Positions 20,127-30,357 of a stretch of 64,000 nucleotides of DNA are shown here, piece by piece. Where the stretch lies: assembly GCA_003208875.1 (NCBI GenBank), contig QCUR01000001.1, forward strand, positions 320,001 through 384,000, written 5' to 3'. The first letter of the stretch is position 1, and each line of letters opens with the position of its first letter. The translations under genes and the position numbers were made by a program. The notes under the pieces are model-generated. The model worked only from the letters and a program-made list of their open reading frames with translations. It was not told where the DNA came from and searched no databases. The stretch is from Prochlorococcus sp. AG-679-M23. Lineage in GTDB: Bacteria > Cyanobacteriota > Cyanobacteriia > PCC-6307 > Cyanobiaceae.

Positions 20127-20315
20127 ATGCTTACAACAAAAATTACTTATGCTCTATCAGATTGGATTAGAGAGTGGCGAAAATGTAGAAAAAAAAATCC
20201 ATCTCTTGATGATTGTATAAAGTTTACAGAATGGAAAATAGAAAATTATGAATTAACAGATAGTGATCGTATGATAATTGAGAGTATTTTACTTTATGAA
20301 ACTGAAGAAAGTTGA
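20127..20315 (+). CDS. Hypothetical protein; paralog of 38621-38806
   Basis: Shared ALxxWIxxW...NPxLxxCIxxxEWK...ELTxSD...ILxY pattern. Confidence 0.75.
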   Translation: MLTTKITYALSDWIREWRKCRKKNPSLDDCIKFTEWKIENYELTDSDRMIIESILLYETEES

Positions 20316-20320
20316 AAATT

Positions 20321-21532
20321 TTATAAATCTAATTTTTCATATAAATTTCTCCCCTTCCAAGTCCATCCATTTCCAGTAATTGTTCTATAAATAGATAAAA
20401 AACTTATATAAATTACAATAAATCCGCCTATGCTATTGAGGTACCAGTAATTATTAGGGATATCAAATTTATTCTTAAATATTAGCCTTTTTAATCCATA
20501 ACTAATAATAGATATAAAAGAAATTAGAAAAGATAGTAAATATATCTTTGTATTATCAGTAAAATTAATTTTTATTAGTGATATCAGAAATAAAATCAAA
20601 GGAAATGAATATAAGAAAAATACAAATATTGATGCACTTAGTGATTTTAAAATATTTTTTTCAAGGCCTAGGAACCAGTTTTTACTCCATCCTTCTATTA
20701 ATGAATTTAAATTTCTATACATATTAAGAGAGATATCGTTAATTGCTATAGAAAAATTTAAATTTAAATTATTTGATTTTATTTTTTCGGCTAATGCTAA
20801 ATCTTCAACTACTTCATTATATGTTTCTAGATGTCCGCCAATTAGATCATAAGATTTTTTTTTAAATAGCATAAATGGACCTGCGGCAAAAGAATCTTTA
20901 TTTGACGAATCATTAGTTTTAAAGATTGGGAAACCTAGCATAAGAAGACTAGTCATTATTGGTTGGACCATCCACTCCGCTAAGCAATTACAATTTATTT
21001 TTGGAGCTAAAGATAGTAAATCAATATCATCTGTACAAGATTTTAATAATGCATTAAAAATACAATTTTTACCAATTATGACGTCCGCATCTATAAATAA
21101 AATCCAATCAGTGGTTAATTGTTTTGAACCTTTATAGCAAGCCCAATTTTTCCCAACCCAATTTTTGTCACTTGGTCTATCCCCAGACGAAATAATTTCT
21201 ATATCATCATTTTTTTGAAAATATTCATCTTTACATTTTATAGCCGCATGATATGTATCATCAGTACTTGAATCATCAACAACTAAAATTTTAAAAGTTT
21301 GGCTAGGTTTTTTTATTTCACTTAATGCTTTTAGGCAATTGACAATATTTATCTCTTCATTATAAGCCGGTATTAAAATTGATAAGCTCTCATTAAGTGG
21401 CTTTGAATAAACAGAATTTTTTAAAAAAGGTGCTTTATTAAAAATATATATTTCATAAAATAATGAAAATAATATTAGAACAAAAGATAAAAAACCTAAA
21501 TACAAGAGAATGCTATTTGTATTTAAAATCAT
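20321..21532 (-). CDS. Glycosyltransferase family 2 (membrane)
   Basis: IPAYNEE, VVDDSSTD, WVGKNWA, FIDAD, EDL, WKGR. Confidence 0.92.
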   Translation of the reverse strand: MILNTNSILLYLGFLSFVLILFSLFYEIYIFNKAPFLKNSVYSKPLNESLSILIPAYNEEINIVNCLKALSEIKKPSQTFKILVVDDSSTDDTYHAAIKCKDEYFQKNDDIEIISSGDRPSDKNWVGKNWACYKGSKQLTTDWILFIDADVIIGKNCIFNALLKSCTDDIDLLSLAPKINCNCLAEWMVQPIMTSLLMLGFPIFKTNDSSNKDSFAAGPFMLFKKKSYDLIGGHLETYNEVVEDLALAEKIKSNNLNLNFSIAINDISLNMYRNLNSLIEGWSKNWFLGLEKNILKSLSASIFVFFLYSFPLILFLISLIKINFTDNTKIYLLSFLISFISIISYGLKRLIFKNKFDIPNNYWYLNSIGGFIVIYISFLSIYRTITGNGWTWKGRNLYEKLDL

Positions 21533-21660
21533 TTCCTGGGTCTTATACTTAGGATCTCTAGATACTTTTTTAATATTAAAAGTATGGCTTTAAAATCTAC
21601 TTGAATAACATAGAACAAACAAAGCATTAGAATTCTCGTATAAATCGATAAAAAAGTAAA

Positions 21661-22010
21661 TCAGCATATTTACCGATTTACTTGAAATAGAGATAGGAGT
21701 AATTTATGAATGTTGAGTTAGGAGGCAATCTAAATGATTGATAGTCCGCCTGAAATTTAGCAAATTTACTAATATAGGAAGTGTATTCCTGACAATGGGA
21801 TTAATCGAAAAATAAAGTTCAATCAATTAGTCTGATAAGACTTCGCTTTATAATTACCAGCGACAAAAAAGAACTAAATTTATCGAGAAGTATCCCCTAA
21901 TCCAACTATTTAAAGCTCATGAATAAATGAACTTTATAATATGTTTTAAAAATCCTGAAAGTAGGAAATAAGAAATTTAAAAGAGGCCTGTTATAACTGG
22001 CCTCTTTTTT
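21661..22010 (+). ncRNA. Putative ~300-nt transcription unit with micro-ORF MIDSPPEI (21734-21760)
   Basis: Operator-like site, -10 TAATTT, GGAGG, micro-ORF and terminator 21979-22010; homologous unit at 40186-40386. Confidence 0.6.
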
Positions 22011-22085
22011 ACTGATTTATATAATTTTAAATTTTTATTATTAGTTAATATTAAATTTCAATTTGAAATAAATTATATTTATAGA

Positions 22086-23036
22086 ATGAAAGAGAAAAAT
22101 TTATTCCCCTCCATCGAGCCAAGAGAAAAGGGTTTTTTACAGGTAAGTAAAATTCATTCTATCTATTGGGAAAGATCTGGAAATCCAAAAGGTAAAAAGA
22201 TATTAGTAATTCATGGTGGTCCTGGAGGAGGAAGTCAGCCAAGATATAGGCGATATTTTAATCCTGAAAAATTTGATATTGTTCAATTTGATCAAAGAGG
22301 CTGCGGTTCTTCAAGACCTTTTTCAGAATTAAGAGAAAATACAACAGGCGACCTAGTAGATGATATTGAAAAATTAAGAGTAAATTTGAAAATAGATTCT
22401 TGGCATTTGTTTGGGGGTTCATGGGGCTCTACTCTGGCTTTAATTTATTCAATTAAAAATCCATCAAGAGTCTTAAGTATGACCTTAAGAGGAATATTTT
22501 TATGTAGAAAATTTGAACTCTTATGGTTTTATCAATATGGCGCAAGTGAGATATTCCCTGAAGAGTTTGAAAAATATATTGCAGTAATTCCTAAGGATGA
22601 AAGGGTTGATTTGATAGCTTCTTTTTATAAATATCTTACCTCCCCAGATATTGAACTTAGATCAAAAGCAGCTACTGCATGGACAAATTGGGAACTTTCT
22701 ACAAGCCATCTTATAAAAAGAGATATTGATGTTGGTAAAAGTAAAACTAATTCCTTTTCGGATGCTTTTGCTAGAATAGAATGTCATTATTTTATAAATA
22801 AGATCTTCTTAGAAGAAAATTTTATTTTGAAAAATATAAATATTATAGAATCCATACCAACTAAAATAATTCAAGGCAGATATGACGTAGTTTGTCCTGT
22901 AAGGAGTGCTTGGGACCTTAGTAGAAAATTAATAAATTCAGAGTTAATTATCGTAGATGAAGCTGGTCATTCAATGAGCGAAAAAGGCATCACATTAAAA
23001 TTATTAGATTCAGTTCAAAGATTAGAAAGTTTTTAG
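22086..23036 (+). CDS. pip: Proline iminopeptidase
   Basis: HGGPGGG, FDQRGCG, GGSWGS, QGRYD, AGH. Confidence 0.96.
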   Translation: MKEKNLFPSIEPREKGFLQVSKIHSIYWERSGNPKGKKILVIHGGPGGGSQPRYRRYFNPEKFDIVQFDQRGCGSSRPFSELRENTTGDLVDDIEKLRVNLKIDSWHLFGGSWGSTLALIYSIKNPSRVLSMTLRGIFLCRKFELLWFYQYGASEIFPEEFEKYIAVIPKDERVDLIASFYKYLTSPDIELRSKAATAWTNWELSTSHLIKRDIDVGKSKTNSFSDAFARIECHYFINKIFLEENFILKNINIIESIPTKIIQGRYDVVCPVRSAWDLSRKLINSELIIVDEAGHSMSEKGITLKLLDSVQRLESF

Positions 23037-23067
23037 GCAAATTTTATATAAATAAATTTATCAAGCG

Positions 23068-23241
23068 TTATAGACCATTATCTTCGATATTTTTAGCAAT
23101 ACTTCTTAGTAACTCAACGATATCAGAGTCATCACATTCTGTATCCTCTTTCAGCAGAATACATTCATCTCTAATGCTTACATTAGTACTCCACCAAATT
23201 CCGGAACTATTAGTATCGTCCCATTCAAATCTATCGGACAT
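23068..23241 (-). CDS. 57-aa acidic hypothetical protein
   Basis: MSDRFEWDDTNSSGIWWSTNVSIRDEC...; directly after the 23247-23492 ORF. Confidence 0.6.
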   Translation of the reverse strand: MSDRFEWDDTNSSGIWWSTNVSIRDECILLKEDTECDDSDIVELLRSIAKNIEDNGL

Positions 23242-23246
23242 TACTA

Positions 23247-23492
23247 CTACGAGTTCACTTTGATTTCTTCTTTAATATCTTCTTTGATTTCTTCCTTTAC
23301 TTCTTCTGGCCATTCAATATCAAATGTTGAATACTCTTCGGTTGCAAATCCTTCAGGATGGCGCTTACAAATTTTTCTTCTTCTAACAAAAACGTGGTCA
23401 ACTCTTTTTTCTTCGTCCGGTGTAACTGTCCTTTCAATTTCTATAACTTCGGTAAATTCTGTTGATTTAAGCTCAATTGTAGGTTTCTTCAT
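23247..23492 (-). CDS. Hypothetical protein
   Basis: 81-aa ORF with EEIK-type repeats at the C-terminus. Confidence 0.65.
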   Translation of the reverse strand: MKKPTIELKSTEFTEVIEIERTVTPDEEKRVDHVFVRRRKICKRHPEGFATEEYSTFDIEWPEEVKEEIKEDIKEEIKVNS

Positions 23493-23634
23493 GCTTACAA
23501 TAAATAACCTTTATACATTAAAGGTTGATACTAATGATCGTGGATTTCTAGTTGTAACTTATTTAACTTAAATTCTTTCTAAAAATAAATTTTTTGACAG
23601 ATTTTAAGGTTTTAATTTTTTGAATAAATTAAAT

Positions 23635-25140
23635 TTATAATTCAAGATTTAATTCATATTGAAGATCACCTTTTGGTTTTATATTGATTTTTTTAGGATG
23701 ATTTTTTTTCTTAATTAATGATGTTCTTCTAGATCCGTGTTTTAAATATACTTCTTTTGAAATATCCCAATAACCATCTATTTGAGTTATTTCTTGAATC
23801 TTTTTTCTGGCAATCTTGGTTGTTTTTGAGAGGTCGATTATTGGTTTTGCATATTCAGAATTTGAATACTCAGTTGAATTGAAATTTTCCATCAACCAAG
23901 GTTCATGTATAAAGTTATCAGGATAATGTTTTATCTCCGGTACCCATTTTCTAATAAAATTCCCTTTTGGATCATGATCTTTCCCTTGCTTAATAGGATT
24001 ATAAATTCTATTTATATTTATAGAGGTTGTACCAGATTGCATTTGGCATTGATTCCAATGAATTCCAGGCTCATAGTCAATAAATTTGCATGCCAATACT
24101 GAACCAGAATCTTGCCATGGTATCCATAAGTTATAGCTTGCAAAAGACATCAACATTGCACGCATTCTGAAATTAAGCCAGCCATTAAAATTCAAAGATC
24201 TCATACAGGCATCTAAGAAAGGAAAACCAGTTTTACCTTCACTCCATAATTGGAGTAAATCATTATCTTTTTTTCTGATTTTCTGGAAATATGGATGAAA
24301 TTCTTTAAATTCTAATTCTGGTTCACTTTCAAGTTTTTGAATAAAGTGACAATGCCAAGTTAATCTACTTTTTAGCATTTTAGAATTAGTATTTTTCATT
24401 AAATTAGCTTTATAAAAAATCTCTTTTAAAGATATACAGCCCCAACTTAAATAAGGAGAAAGTCTTGAACAGCTATAAAATGATTTCTCGGGGCTTGAAA
24501 TGTCTTTTGAGTAAGAATTTAATTTCTTACTGAAAAAATATTCCATTCTTTTTAGACCATTTTCCCTCCCACCCTTTAATCTTCCTTCACATAAATCATC
24601 TTTAAAGCAAAAGAAATTATCTGGTGGTATTGCTCCAGTATCAATTTCTATAGGATTAATATTTGAAGGCTCTAATAACAATTTTTTCTCCATATTTTTT
24701 TTCCATTTTTTTGACCAATTATTTCTATCTAAATTTCCTCTAAAAACAGAAAATTGTAAATATTCCTTCCAAATTATTTTTTTCATTGAAGCCCATTTTC
24801 TAACTTCTTTATCTCTTTTATATGTAAAATAGTCACCAGTTTCTTGATGGCTATAAATACCCTTTATATTGAATTTATTAGATATCTCATCAAAAATTTC
24901 AATAACTTTGCCTGTTCTAATTATTAAAGGTTGTCCAATATTTGCAAGTGAATTTCTTAAATCTATAAGACTCTCCTTGCAAAATTGCCACTGCCTATCT
25001 GAATAAGTTTTTTGTCTCCATAGTTCTTTTTCAACTATATAAATAGGTAATATATCCCAATCTTTTAAAGATTCAATTAGAGCTTCATTATCTTTTACTC
25101 TTAAATCTCTTTTAAACCATAGTATATTTATATCTTTCAT
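23635..25140 (-). CDS. Cryptochrome/DNA photolyase family protein
   Basis: WFKRDLRVKDN, SRLSPYL, GKTGFPFLDACMR, NFRMR, DYEPGIH. Confidence 0.93.
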   Translation of the reverse strand: MKDINILWFKRDLRVKDNEALIESLKDWDILPIYIVEKELWRQKTYSDRQWQFCKESLIDLRNSLANIGQPLIIRTGKVIEIFDEISNKFNIKGIYSHQETGDYFTYKRDKEVRKWASMKKIIWKEYLQFSVFRGNLDRNNWSKKWKKNMEKKLLLEPSNINPIEIDTGAIPPDNFFCFKDDLCEGRLKGGRENGLKRMEYFFSKKLNSYSKDISSPEKSFYSCSRLSPYLSWGCISLKEIFYKANLMKNTNSKMLKSRLTWHCHFIQKLESEPELEFKEFHPYFQKIRKKDNDLLQLWSEGKTGFPFLDACMRSLNFNGWLNFRMRAMLMSFASYNLWIPWQDSGSVLACKFIDYEPGIHWNQCQMQSGTTSININRIYNPIKQGKDHDPKGNFIRKWVPEIKHYPDNFIHEPWLMENFNSTEYSNSEYAKPIIDLSKTTKIARKKIQEITQIDGYWDISKEVYLKHGSRRTSLIKKKNHPKKINIKPKGDLQYELNLEL

Positions 25141-25584
25141 CTATGAAATTTATTTTAATTATAAAAAAATAAACTTTAATTAGTTACCAAATAAAAAATT
25201 TATTCTTTTTGGAATATTTTTAAAAACTCTTTACTTTCCATACCTAAAAAACTTTTTTCCTTTATAGATTCAATTACTTTTGTATAGTATCTATATTTAA
25301 TTTGATACTCACTCATTAAAAGAATTATACGTCAATTTTTTATATAAATTCTCCTAACTATCTCTTCATATTTTTTTTGTCGGTTTTTTCTAGTTCCTCT
25401 TTATTAATTAAATATTTTTTTCGATCCACTCAAAAACATCTTTAGCTTCCCGTTTATTTTGCCGTTAGTTATCCATCTTTTTATATAAATTTCATCTCCA
25501 TCTTCTAATTCAAAACATTTTTCAGGTGTAGGCAGCGTGTAATTATTAAATTTATCAGTATAGTCTTCGATTAGTTTCATTCAA

Positions 25585-25945
25585 TTAATCTTTATTTTTA
25601 AGTTCGAGTTCTCGCATAAACATAAATGCACCAAATGAAAAAGCAAGTGAGATTAAAAAAGTTAGAGGAAAATAAATGCCCCATAATTTTAATTTTAATC
25701 TTTTCCCCTCTGCAAAATAAAATATAAATATTGATATGAGATGAACTCCTGTATCAGCTGATATAAATCCATAAGTAGGAGTTATCCATGCGTCATCAAA
25801 AAATGTGGTTCCTATATCTATTACAGAACCTTGAATATTCCCATTCCTTACTTAGTTAATAAATTGAATAATAAAATGGTCAAATTAATCCTGCTAGTGA
25901 AGTCACTCCATAAATAGTAAGTCTAATTTTTGACCATATAGCTTT
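25585..25945 (-). pseudogene. Degraded DUF2834-like membrane protein
   Basis: C-terminal frame ...FAEGKRLKLKLWGIYFPLTFLISLAFSFGAFMFMRE intact; N-terminal part in another frame with stops (AGLI*PFYY). Confidence 0.5.
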
Positions 25946-26161
25946 ACCTTTTTAGTATATTTATAGCTAATATTGAAGAATAATTGATGTATAAATTCAT
26001 TCTAATAATAAGTCTTTTTTAATAATAAATATTCAAAATATACATAATAATGTTCCTATTCTTTTTTTTATTTGTTTTAAATTTTCTATATTTGGGTCGA
26101 ATTACTCACATCTTAAATTATGCTTATCAGCTATAAATAGGTTATAAACAAAAAATAATTT

Positions 26162-26272
26162 ATGACCCAGATTTTTTTTATTGATATCACGCTTGCTGGT
26201 TTTGGGGTATTTATTTATTTCTTTGGTCTTAAAAAATTATTATTTAATCACCCAAGAACTTCTCAAGACTAA
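26162..26272 (+). CDS. 36-aa single-TM microprotein
   Basis: MTQIFFIDITLAGFGVFIYFFGLKKLL... Confidence 0.45.
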   Translation: MTQIFFIDITLAGFGVFIYFFGLKKLLFNHPRTSQD

Positions 26273-26278
26273 TAATAA

Positions 26279-26425
26279 ATGATAAAAATTAGTAAGGGAA
26301 TGCCAATTGAAATAGGGATTAAACATCTTTCTTTATTAAAAGAAAAAGGATTAATAACAGAAGAAATATTTTCTGATGCTGAAGAACTACTGATTAAGAG
26401 TGAAATAGATATTCCTTCTAAATAA
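26279..26425 (+). CDS. 48-aa microprotein, SHOCT-like
   Basis: LSLLKEKGLITEEIF. Confidence 0.45.
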   Translation: MIKISKGMPIEIGIKHLSLLKEKGLITEEIFSDAEELLIKSEIDIPSK

Positions 26426-26525
26426 TTAAATTTATACAAAATTCTTATTAATTGAAATTCTAATTTACTTTTTAGATAAATAAAATCTTATCTGACTAAA
26501 CTTAAAATAAAAATTAAAAAAAATA

Positions 26526-27149
26526 ATGTTAATCACAAAAAAATTATGGGAAAATAACTCCGATCTAGCTTCGCTTAGCTTGAAAACTAAATTTGTTCAA
26601 GGGATCAGAAATGGAAACTTACCTAGAAATATTTTTAAAGAGTATCTAGCTCAAGATTATTTTTTTTTAGAGAGCTTTGCTAAGGCTTATGGCTTAGCTG
26701 TTTCTAAATCAAAAGATAAAAGTGAAATTAAGTCTTTAAGCCAACTCTTAGTAGGCGTGTCTGATGAATTAATTCTTCATGAGACTTATGCAAAAGAATG
26801 GGAAATTGATTTGTCTACTAACTATATAAAACCTGCTACAAAGAACTACACTGATTTCCTTTATGATGTTTCCTTAAAACTAAGTTCAGTTGAAATAATG
26901 TTTGCAATGACTCCTTGCATGCGTTTATATTCTTGGATAGGAAAAAGCTTATTGGATATGATTTCAAATAATCCTTATAAAGAATGGATACTTACTTACT
27001 CTAATGAAAGTTTTGATAGTTTAGCAAAATCACTTGAAAAAATAATTGATAATTACCAAGAACCATATGACATTAATCAGGCAAATAATTTATATAAAAA
27101 AGCCATGGAACTGGAATTAGATTTTTTTAATGCCTATTCAAATTTTTAA
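26526..27149 (+). CDS. tenA: TenA family (thiaminase II)
   Basis: YLAQDYFFL, PCMRLY, YKEWILTY, ELDFF. Confidence 0.92.
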   Translation: MLITKKLWENNSDLASLSLKTKFVQGIRNGNLPRNIFKEYLAQDYFFLESFAKAYGLAVSKSKDKSEIKSLSQLLVGVSDELILHETYAKEWEIDLSTNYIKPATKNYTDFLYDVSLKLSSVEIMFAMTPCMRLYSWIGKSLLDMISNNPYKEWILTYSNESFDSLAKSLEKIIDNYQEPYDINQANNLYKKAMELELDFFNAYSNF

Positions 27150-27185
27150 TAAATTTAAGGAAGTTTTTTCATTTAAAAAATTATT

Positions 27186-27968
27186 ATGTATTCTAATATT
27201 GCTCTTTCTATAGGCGGTAGTGACTCAGGCGGAGGTGCAGGGATTCAAGCAGATTTAAGAACTTTTATGGCGCTTAAAGTCCATGGATGTTCTGTGATTA
27301 CATGTATTACTGCTCAAAATAGTGTAGAAGTGAAATGTGTAGAAGCTGTAAACAATGATACTTTAACAAGCCAGATTGATACCTTATTTTCAGATTTTGA
27401 TATCAAATCTTTAAAAACTGGAATGTTGCTAAACGATAGTATTATTAATGCAACTGCCTTAAAACTGAAATCTTTTTCTATTCCAAAGATTATTGACCCA
27501 GTAATGGTAAGTAGAACTGGTTCTAAATTACTTGAGGATTCTGCAATTAATGCTTATAAAAAGTTACTTTTACCAATTGCTGATTTAGTAACTCCAAATA
27601 TTTTTGAAGCAAATCTTTTGTCAAATTTGGACATTAAAAATGAGGCAGATATAGAGCAATCTGCAAAAAGTATTATTAAACTCGGTGCTAAAGCAGTTTT
27701 AATCAAAGGTGGTGGATTGAAGGATATGAAAGGTAGGGACTTTTATCTTGATGTCAATGGAGGGAAAAAGTGGTTCATAAATAAATTTATTAATACTCAA
27801 AATACGCATGGTAGTGGATGTACTTTAAGTGCTGCAATATGTGGTTATCAAGCATTAGGATTTGAACTTATAGATTCAATTCAAAAATCAAAATTATTTA
27901 TTGAAAGATCCTTGAAGAACTCTTATCAAATCGGATCAGGACCAGGCCCACTTGGACATTACCAATAA
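27186..27968 (+). CDS. thiD: Hydroxymethylpyrimidine/phosphomethylpyrimidine kinase
   Basis: GSDSGGGAGIQAD, DPVM, TPN, THGSGC. Confidence 0.96.
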   Translation: MYSNIALSIGGSDSGGGAGIQADLRTFMALKVHGCSVITCITAQNSVEVKCVEAVNNDTLTSQIDTLFSDFDIKSLKTGMLLNDSIINATALKLKSFSIPKIIDPVMVSRTGSKLLEDSAINAYKKLLLPIADLVTPNIFEANLLSNLDIKNEADIEQSAKSIIKLGAKAVLIKGGGLKDMKGRDFYLDVNGGKKWFINKFINTQNTHGSGCTLSAAICGYQALGFELIDSIQKSKLFIERSLKNSYQIGSGPGPLGHYQ

Positions 27969-28043
27969 CTCTGAAAGAATTGACTAAATAAAAAATAAAA
28001 ATTAAAAAATAAATTATTAAAATCTTTTATTTTAAAAATCTTA

Positions 28044-28229
28044 TTAAAACCACCATTTTTTATTTTTATTTTTTAAAAATAAAATTTCTTCTGTTTCCCA
28101 CCCACCTTCTAACCACTCAAGATGTTCCAGCAATAAAGATTCGCTTTCTCCCTTTGTTAAATGGCCTAGTCTATTTGCAATTCCATCAAATCTTACTTTC
28201 ATTAACTCTTCGATTTTGATGTTATTCAC
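28044..28229 (-). CDS. Hypothetical protein
   Basis: 61-aa ORF. Confidence 0.5.
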   Translation of the reverse strand: MNNIKIEELMKVRFDGIANRLGHLTKGESESLLLEHLEWLEGGWETEEILFLKNKNKKWWF

Positions 28230-28375
28230 AATTAAAACAGATAATTTTTATCTAAATAAACTTGATTGATTGTTAATGTCAATGAAATTATTCTTTTTTT
28301 ATATTTTTAAATATGAAATTTGTATTAAATACAACTATTTTGTAGTGATAGTAATTAAGACTTATTCTCATAGAT

Positions 28376-28390
28376 TGTATTTCTAGGTAC
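28376..28390. promoter_or_regulatory. Putative NtcA box
   Basis: TGTA-TTTCTAGG-TAC (GTA-N8-TAC) upstream of the 28417 ORF. Confidence 0.45.
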
Positions 28391-28416
28391 TTTAAAAAAT
28401 AAATCAGAAATTTTTT

Positions 28417-28560
28417 ATGAAAAACCAAGAAAAAACAACCTCAAAAACAGTTGTTAATGTCGGTTATTGTGAGAGCACTTCTGAGTGGCTTAGTAGGATA
28501 ATGACTGAACTCGCAGATGAAAGTAAGAATTTTGTGGATCTATCAGTTTTGTGCGCATAA
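28417..28560 (+). CDS. 47-aa hypothetical microprotein
   Basis: MKNQEKTTSKTVVNVGYCESTSEWLSRIMTELADESKNFVDLSVLCA. Confidence 0.55.
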   Translation: MKNQEKTTSKTVVNVGYCESTSEWLSRIMTELADESKNFVDLSVLCA

Positions 28561-28923
28561 ATTCAATTATTTAAAGTCAATCGCGTAAGGCCTATTTAAG
28601 TCTTTTTTGTATTAGATAAACTTATATAAGTTATTTGAAAGGCATATGGTTATGACTTTTTATCGGTATATCTGGTGACAATAAATATATTTCAAAATAA
28701 TTTATTTTATTAGAAAATCATTTCTTCTAATGCGGCCTATCTCAAAGAAACTTTATAAGAAATTAGTTAAAGCTTCCAAAAAATGAATAAATTACTTCTT
28801 TACTTTTCAGCTCTATATTTTGGAGCAAATATCGGAAAATCTTTTGCTAGTGACAGCTTTACATACTACTTAATGATTTCTAATTAATCTATCTTTTCTT
28901 GGGCATTTTTTAAGCTTTAGTTT

Positions 28924-29430
28924 TTGACTCTAAAATATAAAAGTAATCTTAAAAAAAAACTCAAAGTGTATTTAAATAAAAGTAGTTCTGAAATTATAAA
29001 TGAATTTAAATTATCTCCTCACCCTGAAGGCGGATGGTTTAGAGAAATCATACGAAGTGAAAATCATGTAACTAGAAATGATGGTCAAAAAAGAAGTAAT
29101 ATAACTAGCATTTATTATCTACTTTGTAAAAGTGAGAGAAGTAAATGGCATCGAGTAAATTCTTCCGATGAGATATGGATTTATCTTCAAGGGGCACCAC
29201 TTAATTTATATTTTCTTGATGATAATAAAGAATTAAGAAATATTAGATTAGATTTAAATAATCCTATTGAAATGATCCCCTCTGGATATTGGCAGGCTGC
29301 TAGCAGTAGCGGAGAATTTACACTCACAAGTTGTTGTGTTGGCCCCGGGTTTGATTTTAATGATTTTCAAATGCTAAGAAATATAGATCCTTCTCTAAGA
29401 CCAGCCAAGGCTATTGAAGAACTAATTTAA
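28924..29430 (+). CDS. Cupin domain protein (DUF985/cupin_5)
   Basis: PHPEGGWFRE, TSIYYLL, WHRV..DEIW, CVGPGFDFNDF; start may be downstream. Confidence 0.9.
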   Translation: MTLKYKSNLKKKLKVYLNKSSSEIINEFKLSPHPEGGWFREIIRSENHVTRNDGQKRSNITSIYYLLCKSERSKWHRVNSSDEIWIYLQGAPLNLYFLDDNKELRNIRLDLNNPIEMIPSGYWQAASSSGEFTLTSCCVGPGFDFNDFQMLRNIDPSLRPAKAIEELI

Positions 29431-29451
29431 TTTTTAAATTTTTTTTATAAT

Positions 29452-29838
29452 ATGATTGAAATGAATCATGATCTTATTAATACAATCGGCATAAAGCAGA
29501 TAGCAAGAGAAGAAGCCCATCTTTACCAGGTGAGTGATGTTCAAGGATTAATTGATACTCTTGATAAGGATATTCCTGAATGGTCTGATTTTGATTGTTG
29601 GGAAAATATACGAGTTCAGCAATGGATTTTTGAGAGAGCTATGGATATTTATAAAGGTAAGAAAATTGATATTAAATGTAGTTGTTGTGAATACAATTAC
29701 ATAAGTCAAAGAGACTTAGTAAAAAGTTCAAATAAAAAATGTTACGGGATAAAAAGTGCTTATATGATCGAAAAGGTTTTCTATGAAATTACATTAGCTG
29801 AAGCTAGAAGAGAAAGTGATGGTACATATTCAGCATAG
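29452..29838 (+). CDS. Hypothetical protein
   Basis: 128-aa ORF with Cys cluster. Confidence 0.7.
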   Translation: MIEMNHDLINTIGIKQIAREEAHLYQVSDVQGLIDTLDKDIPEWSDFDCWENIRVQQWIFERAMDIYKGKKIDIKCSCCEYNYISQRDLVKSSNKKCYGIKSAYMIEKVFYEITLAEARRESDGTYSA

Positions 29839-29902
29839 AGTTGTTAAAAATTAACCTTTCTAAGATGAATAAGTGAAACTAAGCTATTAGTTCATAGACT
29901 TT

Positions 29903-30204
29903 ATGAAGATTATGGATAATTTTGATGATGATCTTTCTTCAAAACAAAAAGAATTTGTAGAGCCTACAGAGAAAACTACAAATAAAGATTTATTTGAAAA
30001 AAGATGAATTTAAAGAGGTAACTCCAAAAATTGTTCATCTTAATTCACTTATTACAAAAAATATTTATCTTTTTACAAAAGATCCAAACTATAAATTGTT
30101 TGCCTTGCTAATGGCTAATGGTTCAGCTATTTATATTTTCATTATTTGTTTTGGTGGCGACATTAATGAAAAATAATCTTGCCCCCTATATTAATTCTCT
30201 TTAA
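29903..30204 (+). pseudogene. Doubly frameshifted membrane-anchored protein
   Basis: MDNFDDDL...FEK / KDEFKEVTPK...KLFA / MVQLFIFSLFVLVATLM...NSL* in successive frames; shifts at an A6 tract (~29997) and a GCTAATG tandem duplication (30107-30120). Confidence 0.55.
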
Positions 30205-30357
30205 AGATTTAGACTTAGTTATATTTCTTATTTTTTTATTCATTAATTATTATTTTGAATTGGTGATATAATTAAATCATTCCACTTATGGATCTATAAT
30301 TACATGTAGTCACTTTTGATATTATAATTGAAGAATATATATAGGTATGAAAAAGAT

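Noticed and set aside
26430..26525. TPP riboswitch upstream of tenA-thiD
   Set aside because: Region is almost pure A/T with no CTGAGA or other TPP core motifs
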